From contig NZ_JMCB01000015.1 of NCBI RefSeq assembly GCF_000737315.1, positions 187,302-251,301 on the forward strand: a stretch of 64,000 nucleotides of DNA. Direction: 5' to 3'. The stretch comes from Hyalangium minutum. GTDB taxonomy: Bacteria > Myxococcota > Myxococcia > Myxococcales > Myxococcaceae. This document shows positions 18,329-32,154 of the stretch, one piece after another. Each line of letters starts with the position of its first letter. The first letter of the stretch is position 1. Position numbers and translations under genes: made by a program. The notes under the pieces were generated by a model. That model searched no databases. It was given only the letters and a program-made list of their open reading frames with translations, and had not been told where the DNA came from.

Positions 18329-19603
18329 ATGAAGGTCCAGGTCGAGGAGCTGTCTCCGATCGAGAAGAAGCTCTCCATCGAAGTCGACAGCCAGCGCGTG
18401 GCGGACGAGCTGACGCGTGCCTACACGTCCATTGGCAAGCAGGTGAAGCTGCCCGGCTTCCGCCAGGGCAAGGTGCCCCGCCGCATCCTCGAGCAGCGGT
18501 TCAAGGAGCAGGTGGAGGACGACGTCATCCAGCGCGTGGTGCAGTCCGCCTACGTGCAGGCCATCACCGAGCACAAGGTGGAGCCCGTCAGCCAGCCGCA
18601 GGTGACGAACTCCGGCCTGAAGCCCGGCGCCTCGTTCTCCTTCGAGGCCCGCGTCGAGGTGAAGCCCAAGGTCGAGGCCAAGGACTACAAGGAGCTGCCG
18701 CTCAAGAAGCAGGAGACGGCCGTCGCCGACGCTCAAATCCACGAGCAGATCGAGAAGATGCGCGAGTCGAACTCCACCCTGGAGCCCGTGGAGGGCCGGG
18801 ACGTGGCGCAGGCAGGTGACTTCGCCCAGGTGGACTACGAGGCCACCATCGACGGCCAGCCCTTCGTGGGCAGCAAGGCCGAGGGCGTCACCGCGGAGAT
18901 TGCTCCCGGCGAGCTGGTGGACTCCAACATCGCCGCGCTCGAGGGCGTGAAGGTGGGGGACACCAAGGAGATCGACTACGCCTTCCCGCCGGACTACCGG
19001 GTGGAGGAGATCAAGGGCAAGACGGCCCACTTCAAGATCCACCTCAAGGGCATCAAGGCCAAGAAGGTCCCCGAGCTCAACGACGAGCTGGCCAAGGAGC
19101 TGGGCGCGGCCTCGGTGGACGAGCTGCGCACCAAGATCCGCACCAACCTGGAGACCACGGCCAAGTCCAAGGCCGCCCAGGAGGACCGCGACGCCCTCAT
19201 GAAGGCCTTGATCGAGCGCAACCCCTTCGAGGTGCCCAAGGCCATGGTGGAGCGCGCCATCGACTCCATGCTGGAGGGCGCGCTGCGCCAGATGCAGCGC
19301 TCCGGTCTGGACATCCGCAACCTGGGCCTGGACTTCATGCGCCTGCGCGACGAGATGCGCGAGCGCGCCGTCTCCGAGGTGAAGGGCACGCTGCTGTTCG
19401 AGGCCATCGCCCTCAAGGAAGGCATCCAGGCAACCGACGCGGACCTGGAGAAGAAGATCGAGGAGCTGGCGACCGAGGCCGGACAGCCGGTGGCCAACGT
19501 TCGGAAGTACTTCCAGAGCCAGGACGACCGCCTGGGGTTGAGCCTCCGACTGCGGGAAGAAAAGACGATTGAATTCCTGAAGGCTCAGGCGAAGTATTCT
19601 TAG
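18329..19603 (+). CDS. tig: Trigger factor
   Basis: MKVQVEE start, ribosome-binding motif [13 protein letters not shown]-like central domain, and position before clpP. Confidence 0.96.
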   Translation: MKVQVEELSPIEKKLSIEVDSQRVADELTRAYTSIGKQVKLPGFRQGKVPRRILEQRFKEQVEDDVIQRVVQSAYVQAITEHKVEPVSQPQVTNSGLKPGASFSFEARVEVKPKVEAKDYKELPLKKQETAVADAQIHEQIEKMRESNSTLEPVEGRDVAQAGDFAQVDYEATIDGQPFVGSKAEGVTAEIAPGELVDSNIAALEGVKVGDTKEIDYAFPPDYRVEEIKGKTAHFKIHLKGIKAKKVPELNDELAKELGAASVDELRTKIRTNLETTAKSKAAQEDRDALMKALIERNPFEVPKAMVERAIDSMLEGALRQMQRSGLDIRNLGLDFMRLRDEMRERAVSEVKGTLLFEAIALKEGIQATDADLEKKIEELATEAGQPVANVRKYFQSQDDRLGLSLRLREEKTIEFLKAQAKYS

Positions 19604-19638
19604 GACCTTTCGCCCAGCCTTCCCGAGGACTCGACTTC

Positions 19639-20259
19639 ATGCCCTTCATGCCCATTCCCTACGTCATCGAGCAGACTCACCGGGGTGAGCGCTCGTACGA
19701 CATCTACAGCCGGCTCCTGAAGGATCGCATCGTCATGCTGGGGACGGAGATCGACGACGACGTGTCCAACGCCATCGTCGCGCAGCTCCTCTTCCTGGAA
19801 TCCGAGGACCCGGACAAGGACATCAACCTCTACGTCAACTCGCCCGGCGGCTCCGTCACGGCGGGCCTGGCCATCTATGACACGATGCAGTACGTGAAGT
19901 GTCCGGTGTCCACCATCTGTGTGGGGCAGGCGGCGTCCATGGGCGCCGTCCTCCTGCTGGCCGGGGCCAAGGGCAAGCGCTACGCCCTGCCGAGCGCTCG
20001 CATCATGATTCACCAGCCGCTCGGCGGCGTGCGTGGTCAGGCGACGGACATCGAGATCCAGGCCAAGGAAATCCTGCGGATGCGGGCCAAGCTGAACGAT
20101 CTCATCGTCAAGCACACCGGCCAGCCGCTCGAGCGAGTCGAGAAGGACACCGACCGCGACTACTTCATGGGCGCGGCCGAGGCGAAGGCGTACGGCATCC
20201 TCGACGAGATCCAGGTGGCCCGGAAGCCGGGCTCGCTGGGCAAGGACGAGAAGAAGTAG
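19639..20259 (+). CDS. clpP: ATP-dependent Clp protease proteolytic subunit
   Basis: [27 protein letters not shown] and IMIHQP motifs. Confidence 0.98.
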   Translation: MPFMPIPYVIEQTHRGERSYDIYSRLLKDRIVMLGTEIDDDVSNAIVAQLLFLESEDPDKDINLYVNSPGGSVTAGLAIYDTMQYVKCPVSTICVGQAASMGAVLLLAGAKGKRYALPSARIMIHQPLGGVRGQATDIEIQAKEILRMRAKLNDLIVKHTGQPLERVEKDTDRDYFMGAAEAKAYGILDEIQVARKPGSLGKDEKK

Positions 20260-20469
20260 CCGCGCGCACTGTCGTGCAGCAACCAGCCGGAGCCGCGGGA
20301 AGAGCTGCCCGCGCCTCCGGCTTTCTGCTTCCTGCGGTACGGTGGAAAGGCTGTTAACTACCCCGCAGGCACGTGGACGGCCCGGTGGAGGGCTGACTAG
20401 ATTGAGCCGGGTTCAGGGGTACGGACGGTTTTTGGAAGGTTTCTTCCAGAGAGGCGCAGCGAGGGCATC

Positions 20470-21744
<1,275 letters not shown>

Positions 21745-21908
21745 CTCCGCGCTGTTCACTGGAGCGCAGTCGACGGGGCGCGTCAGGGCCGTGAGAGCGG
21801 CTCGGCGCGCCCTTGCCGCGCCTGGGGGCTTTCCGGGCGTACGGGCGCTCGGCGTGGGCCGCACTTTTTGTGGGCCGGACCGGGACCTTCCTGTATCTGG
21901 TGGCAGTC

Positions 21909-24089
21909 ATGACGAGACTGCTGCTGCCCGCATGGATGCTGCTCGCCGCGTGCGCGGGCCCCGCTGCCTCCACCTCCGCCGTGGCCACGGCGGTCCCGTC
22001 CCAGGAGGGAACTCACCGTATGAAGTACCCCGCGACGCGCGCGGAGCCCATCGTGGACACGCTGCATGGCGTTCAGGTGGCCGACCCGTACCGCTGGCTG
22101 GAGGATGAGAAGGCCTCCGATGTTCAGGGATGGATGAAGGCCCAGGATCAGCTCACGCGCGAGTGGCTTGCGAAGGTGCCCGTCCGGGATGCGCTCGCGA
22201 AGCGCTTCCGCGAGCTGTTCTACCAGGAGTCCATCTTCCCCCCCGTGCGCTGCGGCAACCGCTACTTCTACTTCCGCACGCACAAGGACAAGGAGAAGGC
22301 CATCCTCTACTGGCGCGAGGGCGAAGCCGGCGCCGAGAAGGTGCTGCTGGACCCGAACGGCTGGAGCCAGGACGGCTCGGTGTCCCTGGGCTTCGCGGTG
22401 CCCTCGTGGGATGGGCGCAAGCTGGCCTTCGCGCAGAAGCCCAACGCCGCCGACGAGTCCATTCTCCACGTGCTGGATGTGGACTCCGGGCAGTGGTCCC
22501 AGGTCGACGTCATCCCGGGCACCAAGTACGCCGAGCCCAAGTGGATGCCGGACGGCAAGGGCTTCTATTACGAGTGGCTGCCGGTGGATGACAGCATCCC
22601 GGTGGATCAGCGGCCCGGCTACACGGAGATCCGCTTCCACGTGCTGGGCACGGACCCGAAGAAGGACGCGCTGGTGCACCCGCGCACGGGCGACCCGTCC
22701 ACGTTCCTCTCCAAGGACCTCAGCCGGGATGGGAAGTACCTCTTCCTCATCGTCAGCCGGGGCTGGAGCGAGAACGACATCTACTGGAAGCGGGTGGGGG
22801 AGAAGGACTTCCGCCTGCTGGTGAAGGGCACCGGCGCCAAGTACGGCGTGCAGGCGTGGAAGGATCAGTTCTACATCACCACGGACGAGGGGGCGCCGCG
22901 GCAGCGCGTCTTCCGCGTGTCCCCCGAGAAGACCGAGCGGGCGGCCTGGCAGGAGATCATCCCCGAGGATCCGGTGGCTTCGCTGGAGAGCGCGGCCATT
23001 GTGGGCGGGCACTTCGCGCTGGGGTACCTGAGGGACGCGACCAGCGAGCTCCGCATCGCCACGCTCGACGGCAAGCCGGTGCGCACCGTGGCGCTGCCCA
23101 CCGTGGGCGCGGCCACCAACCTGGTGGGCCTGGAGGATCAGGACGAGGCCTTCTTCCTCTTCAGCTCCTTCACCACGCCCCGGCAGGTCTACAAGACGTC
23201 CATCGCCTCCGGGAAGGTGGAGCTGTGGGCCCGGGTGGAGGTGCCCGTCGACACGGAGCAGTACACGGTGCGGCAGACCTTCTTCCCGTCCAAGGACGGC
23301 ACGAAGATCCCCATGTTCCTCGTGCACCGGAAGGATCTGAAGCCGGACGGGCAGCGGCCCACGCTGCTGTACGGGTACGGCGGCTTCAACGTGAGCATGC
23401 AGCCGAGCTTCCGCTCCAGCATCTTCCCGTGGCTGGACGCGGGCGGGGTGTACGCCGTAGTCAACCTCCGCGGCGGCGGCGAGTACGGCAAGGCCTGGCA
23501 CGAGGCTGGCCGCCTGGAGCGCAAGCAGAACGTCTTCGACGACTTCCACGCCGCGGCGGAGTACCTCGTGCGCGAGCACTACACGCGCCCGGACCGCCTG
23601 GCCATCTACGGCGGCAGCAACGGCGGCCTGTTGGTGGGTGCGGCGATGACTCAGCGGCCGGAGCTCTACGGTGCGGTGGTCTGCGCGGTGCCGCTGTTGG
23701 ACATGGTGCGATACCACCAGTTCGGCAGCGGCCGGACGTGGATCCCCGAGTACGGCACGGCGGATAAGCCCTCGGACTTCCAGGTACTTTACGCCTACTC
23801 GCCCTACCACCACCTCAAGACGGGGGTGCGCTACCCACCGCTGCTGATGATGTCGGCGGACCATGATGACCGGGTGGACCCGATGCATGCGCGCAAGTTC
23901 GTGGCGGCGTTACAGAACCTGGAGGGGGTGGGCGCTCCGGCGCTGCTGCGCATCGAGGCGAACGCGGGCCACAGCGGCGCAGACCAGGTGGCCAAGACCA
24001 TCGAGTCCAATGCGGATCTGTACGCGTTCCTCTTCGAGACCTTTGGCATGACGGGACCAGCCGGTGGAGCGACGGCTCAGGCCCGCTGA
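21909..24089 (+). CDS. Prolyl oligopeptidase (S9A), lipoprotein-type signal
   Basis: ADPYRWLED, YGYGGFN, nucleophile motif GGSNGG, DDRV and GH catalytic Asp/His; lipobox LLAAC. Confidence 0.95.
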   Translation: MTRLLLPAWMLLAACAGPAASTSAVATAVPSQEGTHRMKYPATRAEPIVDTLHGVQVADPYRWLEDEKASDVQGWMKAQDQLTREWLAKVPVRDALAKRFRELFYQESIFPPVRCGNRYFYFRTHKDKEKAILYWREGEAGAEKVLLDPNGWSQDGSVSLGFAVPSWDGRKLAFAQKPNAADESILHVLDVDSGQWSQVDVIPGTKYAEPKWMPDGKGFYYEWLPVDDSIPVDQRPGYTEIRFHVLGTDPKKDALVHPRTGDPSTFLSKDLSRDGKYLFLIVSRGWSENDIYWKRVGEKDFRLLVKGTGAKYGVQAWKDQFYITTDEGAPRQRVFRVSPEKTERAAWQEIIPEDPVASLESAAIVGGHFALGYLRDATSELRIATLDGKPVRTVALPTVGAATNLVGLEDQDEAFFLFSSFTTPRQVYKTSIASGKVELWARVEVPVDTEQYTVRQTFFPSKDGTKIPMFLVHRKDLKPDGQRPTLLYGYGGFNVSMQPSFRSSIFPWLDAGGVYAVVNLRGGGEYGKAWHEAGRLERKQNVFDDFHAAAEYLVREHYTRPDRLAIYGGSNGGLLVGAAMTQRPELYGAVVCAVPLLDMVRYHQFGSGRTWIPEYGTADKPSDFQVLYAYSPYHHLKTGVRYPPLLMMSADHDDRVDPMHARKFVAALQNLEGVGAPALLRIEANAGHSGADQVAKTIESNADLYAFLFETFGMTGPAGGATAQAR

Positions 24090-24127
24090 AGTAGCAGGCG
24101 GACACTCGGCGGCGGTACGGGTGTTCC

Positions 24128-24156
24128 CTTGAAGGCAGGGGACCGTTCCCCAACCT
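24128..24156 (+). promoter_or_regulatory. sigma32-like promoter upstream of lon
   Basis: CTTGAA-N14-CCCCAACCT, compared with the heat-shock consensus CTTGAA-N13-17-CCCCATnT. Confidence 0.5.
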
Positions 24157-24295
24157 TTAGCCGGGGAACGGCGGGCGCATTCACCGTGTTATAGAACCGT
24201 CTTTGTATCCTGCACGTCTGCCGGGCTGGCAGGCGGGCTGCGTCAATCACTAGGGACTTGCGACTCCGGTCAGCAAGCAGGCAGGTGGCGAGCAA

Positions 24296-26752
<2,457 letters not shown>

Positions 26753-26774
26753 GTGCCGAGGCCGTAGGTTCGAA

Positions 26775-26820
26775 GTGAAGGGCTCGGGACCGCGAGACGG
26801 TTCCGGGCCCTTCGCCTTTC
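26775..26820. terminator. Hairpin terminator between convergent lon and hydrolase genes
   Basis: GTGAAGGGCTCGGGACCG-CGAGA-CGGTTCCGGGCCCTTCGC followed by CTTTC. Confidence 0.75.
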
Positions 26821-26826
26821 AGGGCC

Positions 26827-27888
26827 TCAGCGCGGCGTGGAGGTGCTCTGCCAGGGGAAGAGGAAGCGCAGTGGCTTGTGGACGCGCTTGGCCCAAGAGG
26901 CCTCGGTGTGGCGGCCGCCCTTGTCCTCGTAGTGGTACAGGTTCTCGCCCTGCACGTAGCCCTTGGACAGCAGGGCCTCCTTCATGCGCTGGGTGGGGAT
27001 CCACGGGTCCCGGTTCGTGCCGGCGTCGATGTAGAACTTCACCGGCGGGGGCTCTCCCCACGAGTACACCTCGCTGACGAGGTCCAGCCCGTTCCACCCG
27101 AACGCACTGGAGAGGCAGGCCACCTTGGAGAAGACGTGCGGGTAGCGCGTCCCCAGGTAGAAGGAGATGAGGCCGCCGAGCGAGGAGCCCATCAAGGCCG
27201 TGTCCTCGCGGCCGGGCAGGGTGCGGTACTGGCGGTCCACCCAGGGCTTCACCGTCTCCACGAGGAAGGCGCCGTACAGGTCCCCGCCGCCGAAGCGCTC
27301 GTTGCGCTGCCCGCCGGTGTATTCGAACGCGCGCTGGGGGCCTATGTTGGTGATGCCCACGATGATGACCTCATCCATGCGCCCCTGTGACACGAGCGCA
27401 TCGCGGGTGCGATCCACGCCCCAGGACACGCCAGTGAAAGAGGAGGAGTCCTCGAAGCAGTTCTGCCCGTCGTGCATGTAGAGCACGGGGTAGCGCTTGA
27501 GCGGGTTCTCCACGTAGCTCGGTGGCAGCGAGACGATGAGCGTGCGCGAGTTGTTGAGCTGGGGTGAGAAGAAGTCGTACTTCTTCTCCAGCGTGGCCGC
27601 GCCTGGGGCGAACGAGGGGTAGATGTCCACGGGGGCGCCGCCGTGGAGCTCGTAGTTGCCACCGATGGACCAGCTCCGGTCATTGAGCAGCGGCTTGAAC
27701 TCGAGCTTGCCGGAGTCCTTGGGCCACACGTAGGTCCACACGTGGCCGTCGGACCAGGTGGCCTCTTGTCCCACGCTCCAGGCCAGCGGCGGCTTGTTGC
27801 CGCGCAGGGTGATGCGGTTGCCCCAGCCCGCGTCGTAGTGGACGCGGATGAGGGTGCCTTCCACGGGTTTCTTGGAACGGGGTGCCAT
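26827..27888 (-). CDS. Alpha/beta hydrolase (esterase) with an N-terminal CBM20-like domain
   Basis: YDAGWGNRITLRG...LAW N-domain; YPVLYMHDGQN, GSSLGG nucleophile and catalytic H in GRHTE. Confidence 0.85.
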   Translation of the reverse strand: MAPRSKKPVEGTLIRVHYDAGWGNRITLRGNKPPLAWSVGQEATWSDGHVWTYVWPKDSGKLEFKPLLNDRSWSIGGNYELHGGAPVDIYPSFAPGAATLEKKYDFFSPQLNNSRTLIVSLPPSYVENPLKRYPVLYMHDGQNCFEDSSSFTGVSWGVDRTRDALVSQGRMDEVIIVGITNIGPQRAFEYTGGQRNERFGGGDLYGAFLVETVKPWVDRQYRTLPGREDTALMGSSLGGLISFYLGTRYPHVFSKVACLSSAFGWNGLDLVSEVYSWGEPPPVKFYIDAGTNRDPWIPTQRMKEALLSKGYVQGENLYHYEDKGGRHTEASWAKRVHKPLRFLFPWQSTSTPR

Positions 27889-28120
27889 GGCCCGCTCCTC
27901 TAACAGCCGGGTAGGGGGGCGTGCACGGGATCAGTCCGTGGTGAGGTCCCCCACGTGGCAGTAGGGCTCGCCCGCTTCGATGCGCTCGCCTTCAATCGTC
28001 CGGGCGTGGCTGGAGACGGTCCACACGCCCGGCGCATCGTGCCCTGGGCTTGCGCGCGGCTGCGCTCCTCCAGCGGCCCTGTCCCCAGGAAGTAGCTATT
28101 CAAGGTGCCAAGGCGGCTGC

Positions 28121-29875
28121 ATGGTACACCCGAGGCGGACCTTGCAGCCGCCGCAGGGAGCGATAGAACCCGGCACGGTGGCTTCTCGTTCTCGACTCGT
28201 GCTGGCGCTCATGGGGCTGTGGCTCACCACGGCCTGTGGGCCGTGCGGCTTCCAGCCCGATCCCGGCACCAAGATCATCGTCCCCGCGATGCCCACCACC
28301 CTGGACTGGAGCTACTCGGACCCCGCGAGCTGGTCGAACTACCCGGTCATGCTCGCCACCCAGAAGGGGCTCACCACCCTGGGCCCCGACAACTCCGTGC
28401 AGCCGGGCTTGGCTGAGCGATGGGAGCGCGAGCGCGATGCTCAGGGACACGATGTCTACACCTTCCACCTGCGTCAGGACGTGAAGTGGTCGGACGGCAC
28501 CACCCCGCTCACGGCGCAGGACTTCGTCTTCGGGTGGCGGCGCGCGATGCTCGGCCGAGAGCGTGGGGAGATGGCCGAGATTGCTGGAGCCCGGCAGGCC
28601 GTCGAGTTGCAGGAGCGCGGCGCTCCCGCAGAGCAGGTTCAAGCGGCTCTGGAGCGCACTGGTGTGGAGGCGCTGGACCCGCACACGTTGCGCGTCACGC
28701 TGGAGCGGCCTCGCAGCTACTTCCTGTCGCGTCTGGCCAACGTGTACCTCTTCTTTCCCGCGCCCTCCGCGGATCTCGCCGGCAAGTCCGACGAGGAGAT
28801 CCGCGACTACTTCGATCGGCCTCGCGAGGGGCGGCCCCTGGCGCTCGGGCCCTACCGCGTGGAGCGGTGGGATCGAGCGGGGGAGCGTGTGAGGCTGGTC
28901 TACAACCCGGCCTCTGCCTTCCCGCCGCCACTCGGGCCCGGTGAGCGCCCAGCTCCCGTCGTCACACTGATGAAGTCGGAGATTGGCCCGGCCCTCTATG
29001 AGCGAGGCCGGGTGGACTTCGTCTTCATCGACAGTGCGCTCGCGCTGCGAGGAGAGCGCCCCGATGACCTCCACTACGAGCCGCTGCTCTCCACGTACTT
29101 TATCGCGCTCAACACCGAGCGCCCTCCGCTCAACCGTCCCGAGGTGCGGCGGGCCATCGCCCACGCGCTGGATCGGGACGCGCTCCTGGCCGGGCTGTTG
29201 CCCTCCGTGCGGCCCTCGAACGTGCTGTTGCCACCGGACCTGCCCGGCGCCGCCACTCCCGAGGAGGCTGCCCGCCTGCCGCACTTCGACCGCGAGCGTG
29301 CCCGGGAGGAACTGCGCGGTGTCCCGGGGCTGGATCGTCCGCTGCGCCTCGTCTTCCGGGCCGGAGACTCCTTTGTCCCCGAGGTGGCCATCGCCGAGCG
29401 CATCGCCGCGCAGCTCGCCACCGTGGGCATCACGGTGACGCTCGATGCGCGGTCGGACTTCTCCTCGGAGGTGGCGCGGCGCACGCCCGAAGGCCCGCGC
29501 GCCTACGACATGTACATGCGCCGGCTGGGCGCCGACTACGCCCACCCGAACACCTTCTTCACCCTCTTCGAGCGCGAGGGGAACCATCAGACCGGCTGGG
29601 AGACCCAGGGCGGCGGCGAGCCCATGGCCCGCTTCGAGCGGCTCCTCGAGGAGGCCGATGCCGAGGCGGATGCCTCCCGCGCCCGGACGCTGTACGCCCA
29701 GGCCCAGGCTCTGCTCCTGGACGAGCAGGCCGTCATCGTCCCGCTGTACCACCCGGATCGCTACTACCGCTCTCGGCCCAAGCTGCGCGGGCTGGATGTG
29801 GATCCGTTCAACTTCCTCGCCCTCAAGTCCCTGCGCCTCGCTCCCGAGGCCGCGGAGGAGGGCGCCAGGCCATGA
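28121..29875 (+). CDS. Peptide ABC transporter substrate-binding lipoprotein (family 5)
   Basis: Lipobox LTTAC; GLAERWE, TFHLRQDVKWSDG.PLTAQDF, GPYRVE and VRRAIAHALDR motifs. Confidence 0.9.
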   Translation: MVHPRRTLQPPQGAIEPGTVASRSRLVLALMGLWLTTACGPCGFQPDPGTKIIVPAMPTTLDWSYSDPASWSNYPVMLATQKGLTTLGPDNSVQPGLAERWERERDAQGHDVYTFHLRQDVKWSDGTTPLTAQDFVFGWRRAMLGRERGEMAEIAGARQAVELQERGAPAEQVQAALERTGVEALDPHTLRVTLERPRSYFLSRLANVYLFFPAPSADLAGKSDEEIRDYFDRPREGRPLALGPYRVERWDRAGERVRLVYNPASAFPPPLGPGERPAPVVTLMKSEIGPALYERGRVDFVFIDSALALRGERPDDLHYEPLLSTYFIALNTERPPLNRPEVRRAIAHALDRDALLAGLLPSVRPSNVLLPPDLPGAATPEEAARLPHFDRERAREELRGVPGLDRPLRLVFRAGDSFVPEVAIAERIAAQLATVGITVTLDARSDFSSEVARRTPEGPRAYDMYMRRLGADYAHPNTFFTLFEREGNHQTGWETQGGGEPMARFERLLEEADAEADASRARTLYAQAQALLLDEQAVIVPLYHPDRYYRSRPKLRGLDVDPFNFLALKSLRLAPEAAEEGARP

Positions 29876-30756
29876 GGCAGCTCCTGATCCGGCTCGGCCG
29901 GCAGCTCGCGCTCATCCCCATCGTCGCGCTGGCCTCGTACTTCCTCATGGCCAGTCTTCCGCTCACCACCGAGGACGACAGCAAGCGCCAGGTGTCTCCG
30001 GAGCTGGCGGCCTCGTACCGGAGGGATCTCGGCGTCGGCGAACCCCTGGGCTTTCTGCGCCCGTGGCAGAAGCTCTTCCGGGGCGAGCGCCTCGGCACCA
30101 GCGCTCAAGGTGTCACCGGCGACGAGCTGCTCCTCAAGCTCTCCGGCAGCGTCGGGGTAGGGCTGGTGGCCCTGGTGTTCGCGCTTGTCTGGGCGCTGGC
30201 TTTTGCTCTCCTGAAGAACCGGTGGAGGAGGGGGCGCCTCGCCGTGCTCGGAGATGCCATTCCGGCGGTGGCCTTTGGCACGCCTGTCTTCATCCCCGCG
30301 CTCCTGTTCGCCCCCGCCGTCGTGGAGCGGGGCCACTTTCTCCCCGAGTTGACCGCCGCGCTCGTCATCTCCCTCTGGCCGGGTGTCTTTCTCGGCACCC
30401 TGGTGGGTGATGCGCTGGAGACCGAGCTCGCCCGGGACTACGTGCGCACCGCCGCCAGCAAGGGCCTGCCTCCGGGCGTCGTGCTGCGCCGCCATGTGTT
30501 GCCCAATGTGCTCCCCGCGCTGCTGGACGCCATCGGCCCCGTGGCCACCGCGCTGCTCGCGGGTTCGTTCGCCGCCGAGCGCGTCTTCGGCTTGCCGTAC
30601 TTTGGCCAGCTCTACGTCCTCGCCGTCCTCCAGAAGCAGGTGGCCGTCGTCGTTGTGGCCACCACCGTCTTTGCCTCAGTGCTCGCCGCAGTGGGGCTCG
30701 TCGTCGAGATCGTCCGGCTCCTCGTGGATCCCCGCGCCCGGGAGGACCGGACATGA
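29872..30756 (+). CDS. Peptide ABC transporter permease (OppB-like)
   Basis: EAA-like motif ELARDYVRTAASKGL...RRHVLPN and ERVFGLP. ATGA overlap. Confidence 0.88.
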   Translation: MRQLLIRLGRQLALIPIVALASYFLMASLPLTTEDDSKRQVSPELAASYRRDLGVGEPLGFLRPWQKLFRGERLGTSAQGVTGDELLLKLSGSVGVGLVALVFALVWALAFALLKNRWRRGRLAVLGDAIPAVAFGTPVFIPALLFAPAVVERGHFLPELTAALVISLWPGVFLGTLVGDALETELARDYVRTAASKGLPPGVVLRRHVLPNVLPALLDAIGPVATALLAGSFAAERVFGLPYFGQLYVLAVLQKQVAVVVVATTVFASVLAAVGLVVEIVRLLVDPRAREDRT

Positions 30757-31562
30757 GCCGAATGCCCGTCCGCGCCTGGGTAGGGCTGACCCTCTTGATC
30801 GGGCTCGGTGCGCTGAGCCTGCTCGCGGGCCGCGTCTTCCCCGAGGTCCTGGCGAGCACTTGCCCGCTCGGTCATGACCCGACACACCCGGATCGCACCG
30901 TTTGTGAGCTGGCCTTTGGAGGCCTCTGGGTCTCGCTCGCCATCGGGCTCGCGGCAGGGGCACTGTCCACCGGCATGGGCCTGTTCGTGGCCGCCGTGGC
31001 CCGGTTGTCTGGCGGAGCTCTGGAGCGCTGGGTGATGCGCCTGGCCGATGCCTTCTTCGCGCTCCCGGACGTGCTCGTGGTGATGGTGCTCCAGCTCGCG
31101 GGCCAATCGCTCGTGGATGCCGGGGCTGGCGCGGGACTGGGCCCCTTCGGCCTCATGGTGGTGTCGCTGGCGCTCGTGGGTTGGGCCGGGCCCGCGCGCA
31201 TGTTCCGCAACCGCTTGGACACCCTCGAAGGCCAGGAGTTCATCGCCGCCTCCCGGGCGCTCGGAGGCACCGGGCCGCACGTGCTCCGCGTCCACCTGTG
31301 GCCCTCGCTGCGCCCCTTCGTCCTCGCAGTCTTCCTCAGTCGGCTTCCCGCGGCCATTCTCGCGGAGTCCACCGTGAGCTTCTTCGGTATCGCCCGCATG
31401 GAGCCCATGTCCCTGGGCCGCTACCTGGGCACCAGCTACGCCGCGCTCATCTACGAGGGTGGCTCTCGCGTCGTCATCCCCGCGTGGCTCCTGCTGGTGC
31501 TGCTCGTGCTGGGCGCCTCGCTGGCCTCCCAGGCGCTGGCGGCTCGCACGCGGCGGGCTTGA
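30753..31562 (+). CDS. Peptide ABC transporter permease (OppC-like)
   Basis: EFIAASRALGG...HLWP and ILAESTVSFFG motifs. ATGA overlap. Confidence 0.88.
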   Translation: MSRMPVRAWVGLTLLIGLGALSLLAGRVFPEVLASTCPLGHDPTHPDRTVCELAFGGLWVSLAIGLAAGALSTGMGLFVAAVARLSGGALERWVMRLADAFFALPDVLVVMVLQLAGQSLVDAGAGAGLGPFGLMVVSLALVGWAGPARMFRNRLDTLEGQEFIAASRALGGTGPHVLRVHLWPSLRPFVLAVFLSRLPAAILAESTVSFFGIARMEPMSLGRYLGTSYAALIYEGGSRVVIPAWLLLVLLVLGASLASQALAARTRRA

Positions 31563-31589
31563 ACCCTTCGAGCCACGCCCTGGGAGACT

Positions 31590-31799
31590 TCAGTCCTCTT
31601 CCTGGCTCACGCCCCATTCCCTCAGCTTCTTGAAGAGGGTGGAGCGGCCGAGCCCCAGCTCCTTGGCGGCGCGGTCCTTGTGGTAGTGGCAGCGGCGCAG
31701 GGTGCTCTCGACGAGCTGGCGCTCCAACTGGTGCAGCATCTGCTCCAGGGTAACGCCCTTCGGCAGCTCGAGCGGCGGGGTGTCCGGAACAGGCGTCAT
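31590..31799 (-). pseudogene. Stand-alone Fis-type HTH, probable C-terminal remnant of a sigma54 activator
   Basis: TLEQMLHQLERQLVESTLRRC...DRAAKELGLGRSTLFKKLREWG is an HTH_8 tail, with no AAA+ domain upstream. Confidence 0.6.
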
Positions 31800-32154
31800 G
31801 GACAGGGGGCAGAAGGGCCCCACATCGTTCTCCGGGATTGATACGCCCGGCGTCCGCTACGACAACTTGGCGAGCTTTGCGAGTTCACTTGCACGAAGCT
31901 GCTCTTGTTCCAGTTCCAGTCTGAGCAGCGCCTGCTGACGCACGGGCTGTGCGCCGGGCCGGAGCAGAGTCCTCGCAATGCTCGCCGCCCCGCGGCCCGA
32001 CGGCCCAACCGTGTTGATCGGCAGAGTGGTCGACTTTCGAGCAAAAGCGTCCCGCCGCGCCGATCCAAGCGTGCCTCGGCGATACGACGACGACTGCGAC
32101 GGCGAGATCCACGAGACGACTGACTGCCCCTGCACGCTCGACGGCATTGTCCCG

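Noticed and set aside
21909-24089. Prolyl oligopeptidase as the dedicated lanthipeptide leader protease, or as a novel insertion in clpX-lon
   Set aside because: It is 8 kb from the cluster, has host-like GC, and I recall the clpX-PEP-lon order as conserved in Myxococcus. A moonlighting role cannot be excluded but has no sequence support.
28121-31562. Adjacent ABC genes as the lanthipeptide exporter
   Set aside because: The substrate-binding protein and Opp-type permeases define an importer with host-like composition.
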